From NCBI GenBank assembly GCA_964016885.1, contig OZ024743.1, positions 237,398,001 through 237,462,000 on the forward strand: a DNA stretch of 64,000 nt, in the 5' to 3' direction. Source of the stretch: Eledone cirrhosa (taxonomy: Eukaryota). Positions 12,183 through 24,223 of the stretch are shown here, piece after piece; position 1 is the first letter of the stretch; each line of letters begins with the position of its first letter. The notes beneath the pieces are model-generated. The model did not search any database, was not told the DNA's origin, and worked only from the letters and a program-made list of their open reading frames with translations. The position numbers and the translations under genes are program-made.

Positions 12183-12826
12183 TGGTGGTGTTGTAGTAGT
12201 AGTGGAGGTGAAGGTGGCGGTAGTGGTAGTGATAGTAGTTGTGGTAGTCGTGGTAGTGGTGTTAGTAGTAGTAGTGGAGGTGAAGGTGGGCTGGGTGTGT
12301 TTTTTTTTTGTGGTGGTGGTGGTGATAGTAGTTGTGGTGGTTGCAGTGTTGGTGGTGGTGGTGTTAGTAGTTGTTATGGTGGTGGTGATGGTGTTAGTAG
12401 TTGTGGTGGTGGTGGTGGTGGTGGTGTTAGTAGTAGTAGTGGTGGTGGTGGTGTTGGTGGTGGTAGTAATAATGGTGGTGGTGGTGGTAGTAGTTGTAGT
12501 AGTGGTGGTAGTAGTTGTGGTAGTGTTAGTAGTAGTTGTGGTAGTGTTAGTAGTAGTGGTGGTGGTGGTGGTAGTAGTTGTGGTGGTGGTGGTGTTAGTT
12601 GTGGTAGTGGTGGTGGTGGTGGTGGTGGTGTTGTGGTAATGGTGCTGGTAGTGTTAGTAGTTGTGGTAGTGGGGTTGGTGGTGGTAGTAGTAGTGGTAGT
12701 GGTGGTGATAATGGTGGCGGTGGTGTTAGTAGTTGTGGTAGTGGTGTTGGTGGTGGTGGTAGTAGTGGTGGTGGTGGTAGTAGTGGTAGTGGTGGTGGTG
12801 GTAGTGGAAGTGGTTGTGGTGGTAGT
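12183..12826. repeat. (GGT/AGT/TGT)n trinucleotide tract
   Basis: Direct reading; source of the poly-V/G/T/P pseudo-ORFs. Confidence 0.95.
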
Positions 12827-14047
12827 ACAGGGTGTACTGAATGCTTTTTTTCTGTCACCAACTTGGCCTCTATACAGGGTAAACTGTGGGTCCCCTGTTG
12901 TTACCAGCACTATCATCTTATAGAGTACATTTATAGTTGCCTCTTGGTATTAGTATGGCCCCTGTATTGGGTGGATTAGATGCTTTTGTGGTGGTGCCAG
13001 ATCTCCATATATTATGGGAGGAGGGGAATAGATTATAGTGTGTCCTACTTTCCATGCTTGTATGTAGGGGTTGTGCTTGACCTGAGAGGTACCTGAGAGT
13101 ATGTAAGGGGGAGAAAGGAGTATACTGGTTGGACACAGATGAAGTGAGTGGGGTATTTATTTGGTGAGGGCAAGAGTATTAAGACTAAGGAGGAGTAGGG
13201 AAACGCTAGTTGCAGGCTAGAGCTCTCTACATGTTTCATCCTGTGTATAAGGCAGGTCTTCTGCAGTACTGCACAACACCAGGATCTCAATCATGTGTAT
13301 AAGACAGGTCTTCTGCAGTACTGCACAACACTAGGGATCTTAATCCTGTGTCATGTCCTTTGAGAGGTTTAATTGTGCAAGGTCAGCTTTTATCACTTCA
13401 TCCCAAGCTTTCCTAAATCTTCCTCTTCCAAATTTTCCTTGAACTTTGAGTGCCCTGCATCTTTTTATACAGCTGCCATCATCTATCTGCATCACATGTC
13501 CAAACCACCACAATCTCCTCTTATGCCTAGTTTCTCTCTCAGTTCACTGATGCTTCTCCGTTCATTCATACTACTGTTACATATCCATCAAAGTATGCAA
13601 GCTTCATTTCTTACCAATCTTTGTAGGTCCTCTCTACAGTGTCCAGGCCTCACTTCCATGTTGCATTGCTGTTTATATCTTCATAGAAATTTCAGAGACT
13701 TCCGTCTGTGTGTCTGTGGGGGTGCGGGTGGGGTGGGTGAATGTATGTGTGTGTAAAAGAAAAGAAGGGGACGGTGAAAAAACAATAGCAAAACAGTGAT
13801 TGGCGTTCCATTTGTTACGCAGTGTGTGAGTGTATGTGTATGTTAGTGTGAATGTATGTCTGTGAGTGTGTATTTTTGTGTGTCTGTATTTGCGCGTTTA
13901 TATTTATATACTCATACATATGAATGTATGTATATGCACATGCACACATGCACACACATATACACACGTCATTGTGTTGAAAAACATTCTCGTATTTAAA
14001 TCTGTTTTAATTCTTTATATTTCTGTTTCTCTATTCCTCATATTTAG

Positions 14048-14197
14048 CTGGATGAGCTGGGCCACGTTATTGCTAACATGTGCAATGTCATTCCTAGTGG
14101 CATTGTCTGTTTCTTCCCATCTTATGATTTTGAAAACCATGTATATTCTCACTGGACAACATCTGGAGTTCTGAAAAGAATATCAAACAAAAAGAAG
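14048..14197 (+). CDS. DDX11: DDX11 exon H (motif IV region)
   Basis: tttag|CTG...AAG|gtatt; LDELGHVIANMCNVIPSGIVCFFPSYDFENHVYSHWTTSGVLKRISNKKK. Confidence 0.95.
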
Positions 14198-14230
14198 GTA
14201 TTACTGACATATCATCATTATTGTATCATC

Positions 14231-14610
14231 AGGGTGTGGATTGGCAGTATTGGTAGAAAGTCTGACGCCATGCTTTGCAGCAAAGAGTTACGGCCCTTTA
14301 TGATCTGAGTTCAAATCCCACCAACGTTAACTTTGCCTTTTATCCTTACGAGGTCGATAAAATAAAGTACCAGTAATACACTGGGATAATTGTTGGCCTT
14401 GTGCCAAAAGTAGAAACAATTATTATATCATCATCATCATCATCATCATTATTATATCATGCTTTGATGCATAGAGTTACGGCCCCTTCCAATCTGAGTT
14501 GAAATCCCGCCGAGGTTAACTTTGCCTTTCATCCTTACGGGGTCGATAAAATAAAGTACCAGTAATGTACTGGGCAATTGCTGGCCTTGTGCCAAAAGTA
14601 GAAACAATTA
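14231..14610 (+). mobile_element. Tandem pair of SINE family A
   Basis: Shared core repeated twice. Confidence 0.8.
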
Positions 14611-14616
14611 TTATAT

Positions 14617-16270
14617 CATCATCATCACCGTTTAACGTCTATTTTCCATGCTAGCATGGGTTAGATGGGTTGTCCTGTTGTATGCAGTAGCCAGTTGGCT
14701 GACCGTGTCTTGCTCATACGGGAACTGATTCTGGTTTGATTTCTACAGCTGGATGCCCTTCTTAACACCAACCTCATTTACAGTGTGTCTTTTTACCGTG
14801 GCGCCTACACAACCACTTTACAGTGAGTACTGGGTGCTTTTTTTACCATGACACCTCCACGACCACTTTGCAGTGAGAGGGAGGTGGGGGCATACCGTCT
14901 ATATGCTTCAGCTTCGGCTTGTACCTGTGGGAAGTCGGGTCTTCTGTATTACTGCGTGACGCCAGAGGTCACGGTCGTGTGTCATCACCTTTGAGAGATG
15001 GAATTGGGCAAGGTCAGCTTTTATCACCTCATCCCAGGTCTTCTTGGGTCTTCCCACTCCATGGCTTCCATCAACTTCTAGTGCTCTGCACCTTTTTATG
15101 CAGCTATCATTCTTCATACACATCACATGTCCATACCAACGCAACCTCCTCTCTTTCAATTCGTTTATGCTTTGCCGTTTGCGTATATTACTATTGCACA
15201 TCCATCGGAGCATGCAGGCTTCGTTTCTTTCTAATCTGCGCAACTCTCCCACAGACAGCGCCCAGGTCTCACTACCATGTAACATTGCTGTTTGTATACA
15301 CGCATCATATAGTCTGCTTTTCATTTTGAGGGAAAAAGCCTTTTGCAGCTAGCAGTGGCATTAGCTCCCTGAACTTCTTCCATCCCATTCTTACCCTGGT
15401 TATTGTACTTTCCGAACACCCACCTCCGCTGCTAATTTGGTCACCTAGGTAGCAAAAGCTGTCTACTGTTTTTACAGAGCCCTCCCAGAGTTTGGTAGTG
15501 CTTGTTTCCTGTGGCTGTTTGCTGCTTGCTGTCCCAGCACAGCTGCTACATATGAAGCCTACATTCTTAACTAAATTTCCTGAGATGCCACTACATCTCT
15601 TGTGTACCCATTTTTGCATTTGGGGCAGAGGATGGTGTTTCTACCTACATATTTCCTACATACTGTGCAAGGCTATTTCCCTGAGGGGATCTGGGTTCTG
15701 TTTTCTCATCTACTTACAAGTACCTTAATCTTTGTCGGGTTGACTTTGAGACCCCTTCTTTCTAGTCCCTGCTTCCATGTTTGGAATTTCTTCTCTAGTT
15801 CCACCATAGATTCAGTTACAAATGTTAGACCATCTGCATACAGAAGTTCCCATGTAATACTATAATAAACAGGAGAGGGCTAAGAACAGAGCCCTGGTGG
15901 ACACCGACCTGTATGCTAAATTCCTTGCTATAGTCATTGTTAACCTTTACTTTGCTGACTGCTCCCTTGTACAGCTTTCACAAGCCATTCATCTACTCCT
16001 AGCTTTCTAAGAGCCCACCAGATTATAGCATGGGGAACTCTGTTGAAGGCTTTTTCCAGATCGACAAATGCCAGGTAGAGCGGCTTACTTTTAGCTAGGT
16101 ACTTTTGCTGTAACTGCCTCACAAGGAAGAGAGCATCAGTGGTACTTTTTCCTGGCACAAACCCAAGCTGCATCTCATCTAGTTTTACCCAGTCCCTAAT
16201 CAGCTGTGCTATAACTCCGTTACTTTCATGACCTGGTCCATCAGTTTTATACCTCTATCTAGTGCATCAT
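14617..16270 (-). mobile_element. 5'-truncated, decayed RTE LINE (RT, PHD-like finger, 3' UTR)
   Basis: ORF pieces QLGFVPGKSTTDA, AFVDLEKAF, FCYLGD, LHGSETW, RLRWYGHV; (CAT)n tail. Confidence 0.92.
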
Positions 16271-16523
16271 GTGTATATATATATAAATATATATATATAT
16301 ACATACATACAGAGAGTGAGAGAAAATGTCTGTATCCTGAGCTAGTTTGAAACCTGAGGTAGCATGTATTTGTGTTGAGAATATATTTATCTGTTAGACA
16401 CGCAGTGACTAACAACAGAATATTTTAAGTCTGCGTGTCTGACATATATGCGTAGCTTGTGAATAAAAAATTTAAGGGGTGTCACTGGCCGTGGTGATCC
16501 CATTCCAAACATGTTTTGTAATG

Positions 16524-16606
16524 CATCGTCTTATTGGCTAATTTCATCGTCTTATTGGCTAATCAACCAACGAGAGTAATTGTTGCTCAAAAGCATCCGC
16601 CATTTT
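16524..16606 (+). promoter_or_regulatory. Putative promoter of the Helentron: two inverted CCAAT boxes in a 21-bp tandem repeat plus a YY1-like CCGCCATTTT
   Basis: catcgtcttATTGGctaat twice (16524, 16545); ccgccatttt at 16597-16606; followed by donor G|gtaagt at 16690 and acceptor ttgcag| at 17530 just before ATG 17538. Confidence 0.45.
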
Positions 16607-17537
16607 GTTTGCACATTTATTTATCATTTCGCTTTCGAATCTTCCTCCTCTATTTCGTTGTTTATCATCAAAATATTTTTCTCGTTTTGGTAAGTTATAT
16701 TGTTAATTTATATACAATTTTTTTTATTTATATTAACTATTTTTTTTCAGTTTGTTATAACATGCTTATAATATTGGTTGTATCATTTACTTGTATATTT
16801 GTCCATATTATTGTTCGTTTTATGTTAGATTATTTTTTTATTATTATGTTTGATTATTTGTATGTAATATTTAATTTTTATTAATTCAACTATAACAATT
16901 ATTATGTAAAATATATTTATTTAATATCTTTGTATCTTGTTCCTCTTTATATAGTGTAATGGAATATAGGCAGGGTTCGGATTGTAATACAAACTGCACT
17001 TTGTTTATAAAAATTTGTAAAAATAATTTTTCTAAAAACTTTGTTTGTAAAAATTTGTAAAAATAATTTTTTTAAAATTTTGTTTGTAAAAGTTTCTACA
17101 AATATTTCTAAAACTATCGTTTTTACAAAATGTTTGTAAATTTTTGTTTGTAAAAAATTTTAAAACACTCCAAGATAGCGTACATTATGATTGTAAACTT
17201 TGTAAGTTTGATTCAAAAATAACTTTGTAATTGTAAAATTTCATATTTTTGAAATTTGTGCGCAAAAATATCAATTTTTAATTTAATTGTTTCTACTTTT
17301 GGCACAAGGCCAGCAATTATCCCAGTGTATTACTGGTACTTTATTTTTAATTTAATGTACTTAGTTTACTATGATAGTCAACTACAGGTGTCATGTGCGT
17401 TTAAAAAATTTTGATATTATCAATATATTCGATCGCAAATTGGCGTATTTATATCTGAACATAAGTATGAGAAATGTTATTTCCTCTTATTTTGTATTTA
17501 TTTAAGCTACTAATAAGTATTTATTTGCAGGTTCGTG

Positions 17538-20500
17538 ATGTATCCCGCAAGTGAATCGGGACCCGTCACCGATTTTAGTGTCCCCACTGCCGATGTGAAT
17601 GAGCAGTGCCGGACTTGTGAATTGGGTCTTGATGTTGCGGGCAGTTCATCTTCTTACAATCATGCGGTCCCACAAGCTTGTTCGCATTGCTGTGCCAATA
17701 GTCTGCCAGACAGGCGTATTAGATTAGACGCAAAAGCAGCTTACCGGATGCGGAATCGGGAGAAGTTGAGACAAAATTAGGCCAATTATAGAGCTGTGAA
17801 TTCGGCGAAAATAAAGCAAAAGCAGGCCGAGCATAGATCTTCAAAACGGCATGAGTTGGCAAACAAGCAGGCCAAGTATAGATCTAAAAATTCAGCTGTT
17901 ATATCTCAAAAACAAGCTGAGTGTAGTGCTAGGAAACGTACCGAGTTGACTAAAAAGCAGGCCCCGAGTACAGATCTGCGAAGCAAGATAAAGTATTGCA
18001 AAGAAAGGCTGTGTATAGAATTGTCAATAAAGATAATATACAGTCTTATCAGAAAGCTTACTATAAAAACAAAAATGTTCTTCGTAAGCGGTCTTTGCAT
18101 CGAATAAGGAAACTAAAAAAATGCTTGACTTCCAGATGCAGCATCAGATCTTGGTGTACAGATTTGTTAAGTCGTATAAAAAGACGATAATTGACACCAA
18201 TCTTCGCAAGGAGGCACATAGTGCAGAGTGTGTTCTCCAGATCCGTTGGTATGCGCAATTTTTTGTGTGCTCAACTAACAATAAAGGTGAAAGCTGTGCA
18301 CGCATTGATTGAAAAGGTCAATGCTAACGGTTTGTTGCACTATTGGGGAAATGAACATTACCACAGTTTCACCAATGAGCTTGCTAATTTTGATAAAAGC
18401 ACTGCAGAATACATGACAATGGACGAGTTTAAAAACCAGTCCGTTGAGAAAGTCCAAATAGTCGTTATCGATAATGAGGAGACGGACGACATTGTGAATG
18501 AAATGGCTAATGCGGACGAGCAGAATGATGATGATGTATCTAAATGTTTGGTTAGACCTTGCGGATCTTCCATACTAGATACTTGTCCAGATGACTCAGC
18601 CGCTCGTCTAGCTTTTTGCAAAAGAATTCACGATAAACTGGCAAAACTCAATCCCGATATGACAGTTGCTAAAATAAGGCAGTTGATGGAGAAATATGAG
18701 TCTTGCAATGTTACTTATGATGATGATCAGCACTGTATTGGTCAAACTGGCTGCACCAGTGAACTTGGCTTTTTGAAATCGATAGCAGTTCACTCGCCAA
18801 AGTTGCACACATTGCTGAGAAAAATCTACAAAGTTTGGTCCATATGTATTTGGCTCAACTAGTACAATGAAGCTGTTCTCGATGGCGATTGGACAAACTT
18901 TGAGAATTTGACTGACGTTGCCAACATTGAGGGTGATATTGCGGTTCAATTCAATGATATGTGCACCGTTTTCAATGATGTCGAACACACTGATGCAGAT
19001 GTCATTGATAAATATGGTAAACAGGTTCAAAGATTTGAATCTGACATTAGAAAGTATAAAATCCAACATTGTGATATCTGCAAACTGCGCAAATATAGCA
19101 AGGAGCTAAAAGTTTTGGATAGCTGGAATTCCAAATATTTTAAAACGGCCGTTGCAAAGCATGTAATAACTACCAACTACTCGTTGCCTTGCACGGTCTG
19201 CACAACATGCGCTACACATTTGCGCAAGAGTTGAGTGCCTTCAATGGCTTCGATAAACGGATTGGACGTTGCTGCAGTTCCCAAAGAACTTGCTGATCTC
19301 AACACGTATGAGCGTATACTTGTGCAACGGGCCAAATGTTTCGTCACTATCATCAAACTAGTGCCATACTCGTTCAGAGGCAATATTTCGGCATGTATTT
19401 CGACTATTAAAGCAATTGCTATTCACTTGCCTTTGCCTATGGACGGAACTATCTGCGCTTCAAGACGATATGCTTAAAATAGTCGTTGATAGCTTGCCTT
19501 CGCGGAAACAAGTCATCTGGCGTTCAATGGTAGACATAAGCAAAGTATTGAAGGCGCTTGATTGGCTTGCGGCAAACAACGTAATGTATGCCGATGTTAA
19601 GATCAATCGATACGCTGATACGGAGAATGAAAACATTGTAGAGTGCTCGGGAGTTAATGATGCTAAATTCGATAATCTTTTGCTTAAATCGAACGCTGGC
19701 ATTACCTATGAGCACACTGTTAAAGAGATGAATCCATGTCTCCCTGCAGACACTGACTTGGCCTTGTACAAAATTAAAAGAGTGGAAGGCGATTTGATTG
19801 TAGACAATGATAAAACGCTTGATTTGTTGTGCTTTCCTTGTCTTTATCCAACTGGTCAGTTTGGCATTTTCGTGGACAATAGACCGTTTGGCGCTGTAAA
19901 GCCATACATGTTCATAAGAAACAGACTGAATCATACCGACTCTAGATTTCGGTGAGATATACAATATCTCATGTTTTGTCTTGATAAAGCCGACAAGTGA
20001 GGCATTGATTCCGGTATATATGCCATAATGAAGACCACCAAAAGCAGCCGCATGACTATAAGCGAGTTTAGAAGGTGGCTTGATGAAAATGACAGGCACC
20101 TTGAGGGCAATTTCAATATGATGATGGCCAATGTCCGAGGTTCCAAGCAGTTTTCGTCTAGAAAATGTTCAGACTTGATGGCTATGGACGAGAAATTTGG
20201 CCCGGCCCACTTGTTCTTAACTTTGTCTTGTGCAGAGTACTTTTGGCCTGATCTGAGAGAGTTTCTCGAAAAGTTGAACGCTGGCATACCAGACATTGCT
20301 AGAAAACGTAGCAATGAGTTGTGGACGGATGACGTTGTGGCCGTTAGCGAGCATTTTCACCATCGGTTTACCACCTTTATGAAAGAAGTTGTTAAACATA
20401 CCAATTCTCCGTTTGGTATTGTCGAGCACTTTTTTTGGAGGTTGGAATACCAAATGAGAGGTGCTCCGCATGTTCACATGAAATTGTGGATTAAAGATGG

Positions 20501-22010
20501 CCCGATTATGGACAGAGACGACAAGAGTGCTATTCAGACGTTTGTACAGTCACTTGTCGCATGCCGTCCAATGTAGAAAGTCCCGTTTGGTCAGACTTGG
20601 TGTCGCGCTTTCAACGACATGTCTGTAGTGGATCCTGCAAAAAGCAAATATTTTCGAGTGGTCGTTTTTACACTCGATGCAGGTTTGGATTTCCACGTCC
20701 CGTTGGGAATTTCAATTTGCTTAGTGTCAACGAGAGTATAAAATCTCGGCACAAAGGTAGAGCTGTCAAAAAGTTGTACAAGCTTGACAGACGACAGGGG
20801 GAAGAGTGCATCAATGACTACAATCCTCTTGTTCTGTATGTCTGGAAAGCTAATGTCAATATTCAGTACATCGGTGAAGATAGCATGATTCTAAACCAAT
20901 ATGTTACTAGTTATCAGACAAAGTCCGAAAAGACTGACACTGAAGGCATTTGGGCTGAGATTGACAAGTCCAAGTCCATTTACTCGAGATACAAGAGTGC
21001 CGGACTTAAGCTGATGGGCAAGCGCGAAACAGGCGCCTATGAGGCTGCGGACAAATTGCTTGGCCACCATTTCTATGGATGCTTTGAAAGCGTAATTTGC
21101 ATTGGAGTCGATTTGCCTAGTTACCGATCCCACAGGTTCAGGCCTCAGTATGAACTGGACAAATTGAACCCGTATTCCACCGATCTTTATTATGAGAATA
21201 TGGTCAAAAATTGGTATCCAAACAGGCCCGATTCAATGGAGCACATGTGTTTGTATGAAATTGCGAGCAAATACGAACATGTAAAACGAATTGATACTAG
21301 CAATTTTGATGACGACTTGAGGTTGAGAAACAATCTTGGCTATTTCAAATCTGTCAAAGAGCGGATTGTAAAGTCACCAAACATTAGATTGACTGCAGAT
21401 ACTTGTGAGTGCTATCACCACAACCTTCTCATGCTCTTTAAATCTTGGCGAGACGAGGAAGAAGACTTGCTGGGAGGTTGTCAGACTTATAAAGAGTCTT
21501 TTGAACAAGGCAAACAGTTGATGATGCTAATGACGATTTGCCTTTCATGAGAGCTGTCGCTGAGGATGCACTGAGAGATCATCATCATCATCATCGTTTA
21601 ATGTCTATCTTCCACACTAGCATGGGTAAAGAAAGCAAACTCATTGAAGTGCAAATAAAAATTTATGACGATATCGTTGCTGGTATTGACAAACAAGACA
21701 AACATTGGGACAACAATAAACCTTATCCGAGATGTAGTTGCGATGATTGTCCACAAGTCTTGAAATTTGTTTCGGGTGTTGGTGGCATGGGAAAGAGTTT
21801 TTTGATAAATGTACTGGCTGATAAAATTCAGTACATGTATCCAAATGACAATCGCCCGAACGTAGTGATATTGGCACCCTCGGAAATGGCCGCTTTCCAA
21901 CTCAATGGCATGACTGTTCATCAGATGCTAAAGCACAAAGTGCAGCATGGCAAAACTCCCATGTATGATGATCTACCAAAGGACTTTTTGAAAATGCTGA
22001 GGATGGGGCT
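17538..22010 (+). pseudogene. Helitron-superfamily (Helentron/Helitron2-type) Rep/helicase gene, disrupted by stops and frameshifts and truncated in the PIF1 helicase
   Basis: Rep motif 1 HLFLTLSC, HUH motif FWRLEYQMRGAPHVHMKLW, Y2 motif YVTSYQTKSE, CRFGFPRP, YNP..L..WKAN..IQY; Walker A SGVGGMGKS, motif Ia ILAPSEMAA..NGMTVH; upstream PKELADLN..ERILV and LCFPCLYPTG segments typical of these elements. Confidence 0.9.
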
Positions 22011-22315
22011 TGCAATCAAAAGGTTGTGAGTTCAATTCTCAGACCGGGTGATGTGTTGTTTCCTTGAGCAAGAGACTTTATTTCACATTGCTCCAGTTTA
22101 CTCAGCTGTAGAAATGAGATGATAGGGACTGAGGTCCCTATCATTCCACTGCAAAGTGGTCGTGGAGGTGCCACGGAAAAAAAAGCACCCAGCACTCACT
22201 GTAAATGAGGTTGGTGTTAGGAAGGGCATCCAGCTGTAGAAATAAAGCCAGAATCAGTTCCTGTCCCACCCTTGCAAGCAAGGAAAAGCAGACGTAAAAT
22301 GATGATGATGATGAT
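22010..22315 (+). mobile_element. SINE family B (tRNA head, central domain, RTE-derived tail) truncating the Helentron
   Basis: gagttcaattctc B-box, ccttgagcaaga core, tail ggtgttaggaagggcatccagc...gtaaaatgatgatg. Confidence 0.85.
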
Positions 22316-22639
22316 GAAGATCATTCATAATAACAGTTATATAATCTAATTACATTACAACGATAATTTATTATTAATATATATCATGTTTAACTAGAGT
22401 TATTACAAGCGTTGCCTTAAAAAAATATTAAACTAGACCTGAAAAATGCGCAAGCTCAAAAGAGTCACAGAATGTTATAATAAACCTTCAAAAGTGTGGA
22501 ACTAGAGTTGTTGCTCAAAAATATTGTAATCATTATCTATCGTACATTCTGTGGCATCCTTTATAAAAATATCACAATAAATACATCTATGTTTAATGTA
22601 ATAACAGCTATAAATAATTACGTTTTATTATTATCATAA

Positions 22640-23020
22640 TTGGCAGTATCGGTAGAGGGTTGGACGCCATGCTTTCCAGCATAATTACGTCCCTTTACGA
22701 TCTGAGTTCAAATCCCGCCAAGGTTGACTTTGCCTTTCATCCTTATGGGGTCGATAAAATAAAGTACCAGTAATGCACTGGATAATTGCTAGCCTTGTGC
22801 CTAAAGTAGAAAATTATTATCATATACTCAGGGCGGTGGATTGGCAGTATCGGTAGAGGGTTGGACACCATGCTTTGACGTATAGAGTTACGGCCCTTGC
22901 CATTCTGAGTTCAAATCCCGCCTAGGTTAACTTTGCCTTTCATCCTTACGGAGTCAATAAAATAAAGTACCAGTAATACACTGAGTAATTGTTGGCCTTG
23001 TGCCAAAAGTAGAAACAATT
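22640..23020 (+). mobile_element. Tandem pair of SINE family A
   Basis: Shared head, core and tail twice. Confidence 0.85.
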
Positions 23021-23372
23021 ATTATATACTCATAGTAACAAAATAATTGTGTTGAAAATTAATATGATGCTTACATGAACGATCAAATCTATAATGATCA
23101 TTTTATAAATATACTAATATTAAAATAATTTAGTTATATATTGTTACATTTTCATCAAACTATAACATTAACAATCGTATTGTGTTATCAAATTTTTATC
23201 ACTGCAAACTTTCATATTGGAATTACCTTAAGCCACTTATCATTACTTCGCTTTTATACTTTTACAGATGTAGATATTCGGCTGTGTCTTATATCTAATA
23301 TCATGATCTCATAGCAATTTGCATGCAGTGTAAAATAGGTTTATTAATAACTTTAATATGAAATGTATTATA

Positions 23373-23460
23373 CAGGACTGCGGAGTTGGCCAAAAATTGA
23401 CTGGCTCCAACTCCGGATCCGATACTCCATTATTTCCTAAATTTCGGCTCCGCAGCTCTG
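23373..23460. mobile_element. Small hAT-like MITE remnant
   Basis: Imperfect TIRs CAGGACTGCGGAG / CTCCGCAGCTCTG; flanks gtattata / ttataata match at 6 of 8. Confidence 0.45.
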
Positions 23461-24223
23461 TTATAATAATTTATTTTATAGTTGTAAATCATATTTTTAT
23501 ATGTTACATTCTAAGAATGAACTAAGTGAAATAGTGTAAAAAGAAAGGCATGGTTGGTTTAAGCTAATGTTCATTATCTCATATTAGATGTTTAGAAATG
23601 ATTAATACGAAATGCACTTACACCGAATTCTATATTATAAATTCACTTAAATAATTATCGTGTCATCTTGAGTTCGTTATGAGCCTCTTTTTTATAAAAG
23701 GATGCCACAGAGCGTACGATAGATAATGATTACAATATTTTTGAGCAACAACTCTAGTCCCACACTTTTGAAGGTTTATTATAACATTCTGTGGCTCTTT
23801 TGAGCTTGCGCATTTTTCAGGTCTAGTATAATATACATTGGCCCTGTACATTATTTAGAGCACGAAGGGGAAATGTTGACAAGTAAAACAAAACAAAACC
23901 CAGTGTGTTTTAACATATTTCAGGGCTAATACCCCATTTTCAAATGTGGAGTCGAAACATATCAAAACAAAACATACAATTGTTGTGTTTTAACTGGTCT
24001 ATGTGTCTGAAATAGACGGATCTGATAAGTGTATCTGTAACTTGTCTTTCACACTGGTTGTACCGTGCAAAGGTGTACAAACGATTTTCTATATCACTTC
24101 AGTGAAGGTTCATGGCTTTGTGGTTAGGGTATTTGGCTCACAATCGTAAGGTTTTGAGTTTGATTACTACTGCAGTGGTGAGAGAGGAAGTCAGCAATAC
24201 GAGATGTAATGTGAAGAAGATAT

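Larger units (their letters stand above)
22432..23827. repeat. Approximately 138-bp inverted repeats (22432-22569 and 23689-23827) enclosing about 1.1 kb
   Basis: actagacctgaaaaatgcgcaagctc...ttttataaaa is the reverse complement of ttttataaaaggatgcc...ggtctagt with few mismatches. Confidence 0.88.

Noticed and set aside
12202-12923. Val-, Gly-, Thr- or Pro-rich ORFs
   Set aside because: Translations of a (GGT/AGT)n tract
17538-22010. Functional link or domestication joining the Helentron PIF1 helicase and DDX11 helicase
   Set aside because: The Rep/helicase is broken by many stops and truncated; co-location is adequately explained by insertion
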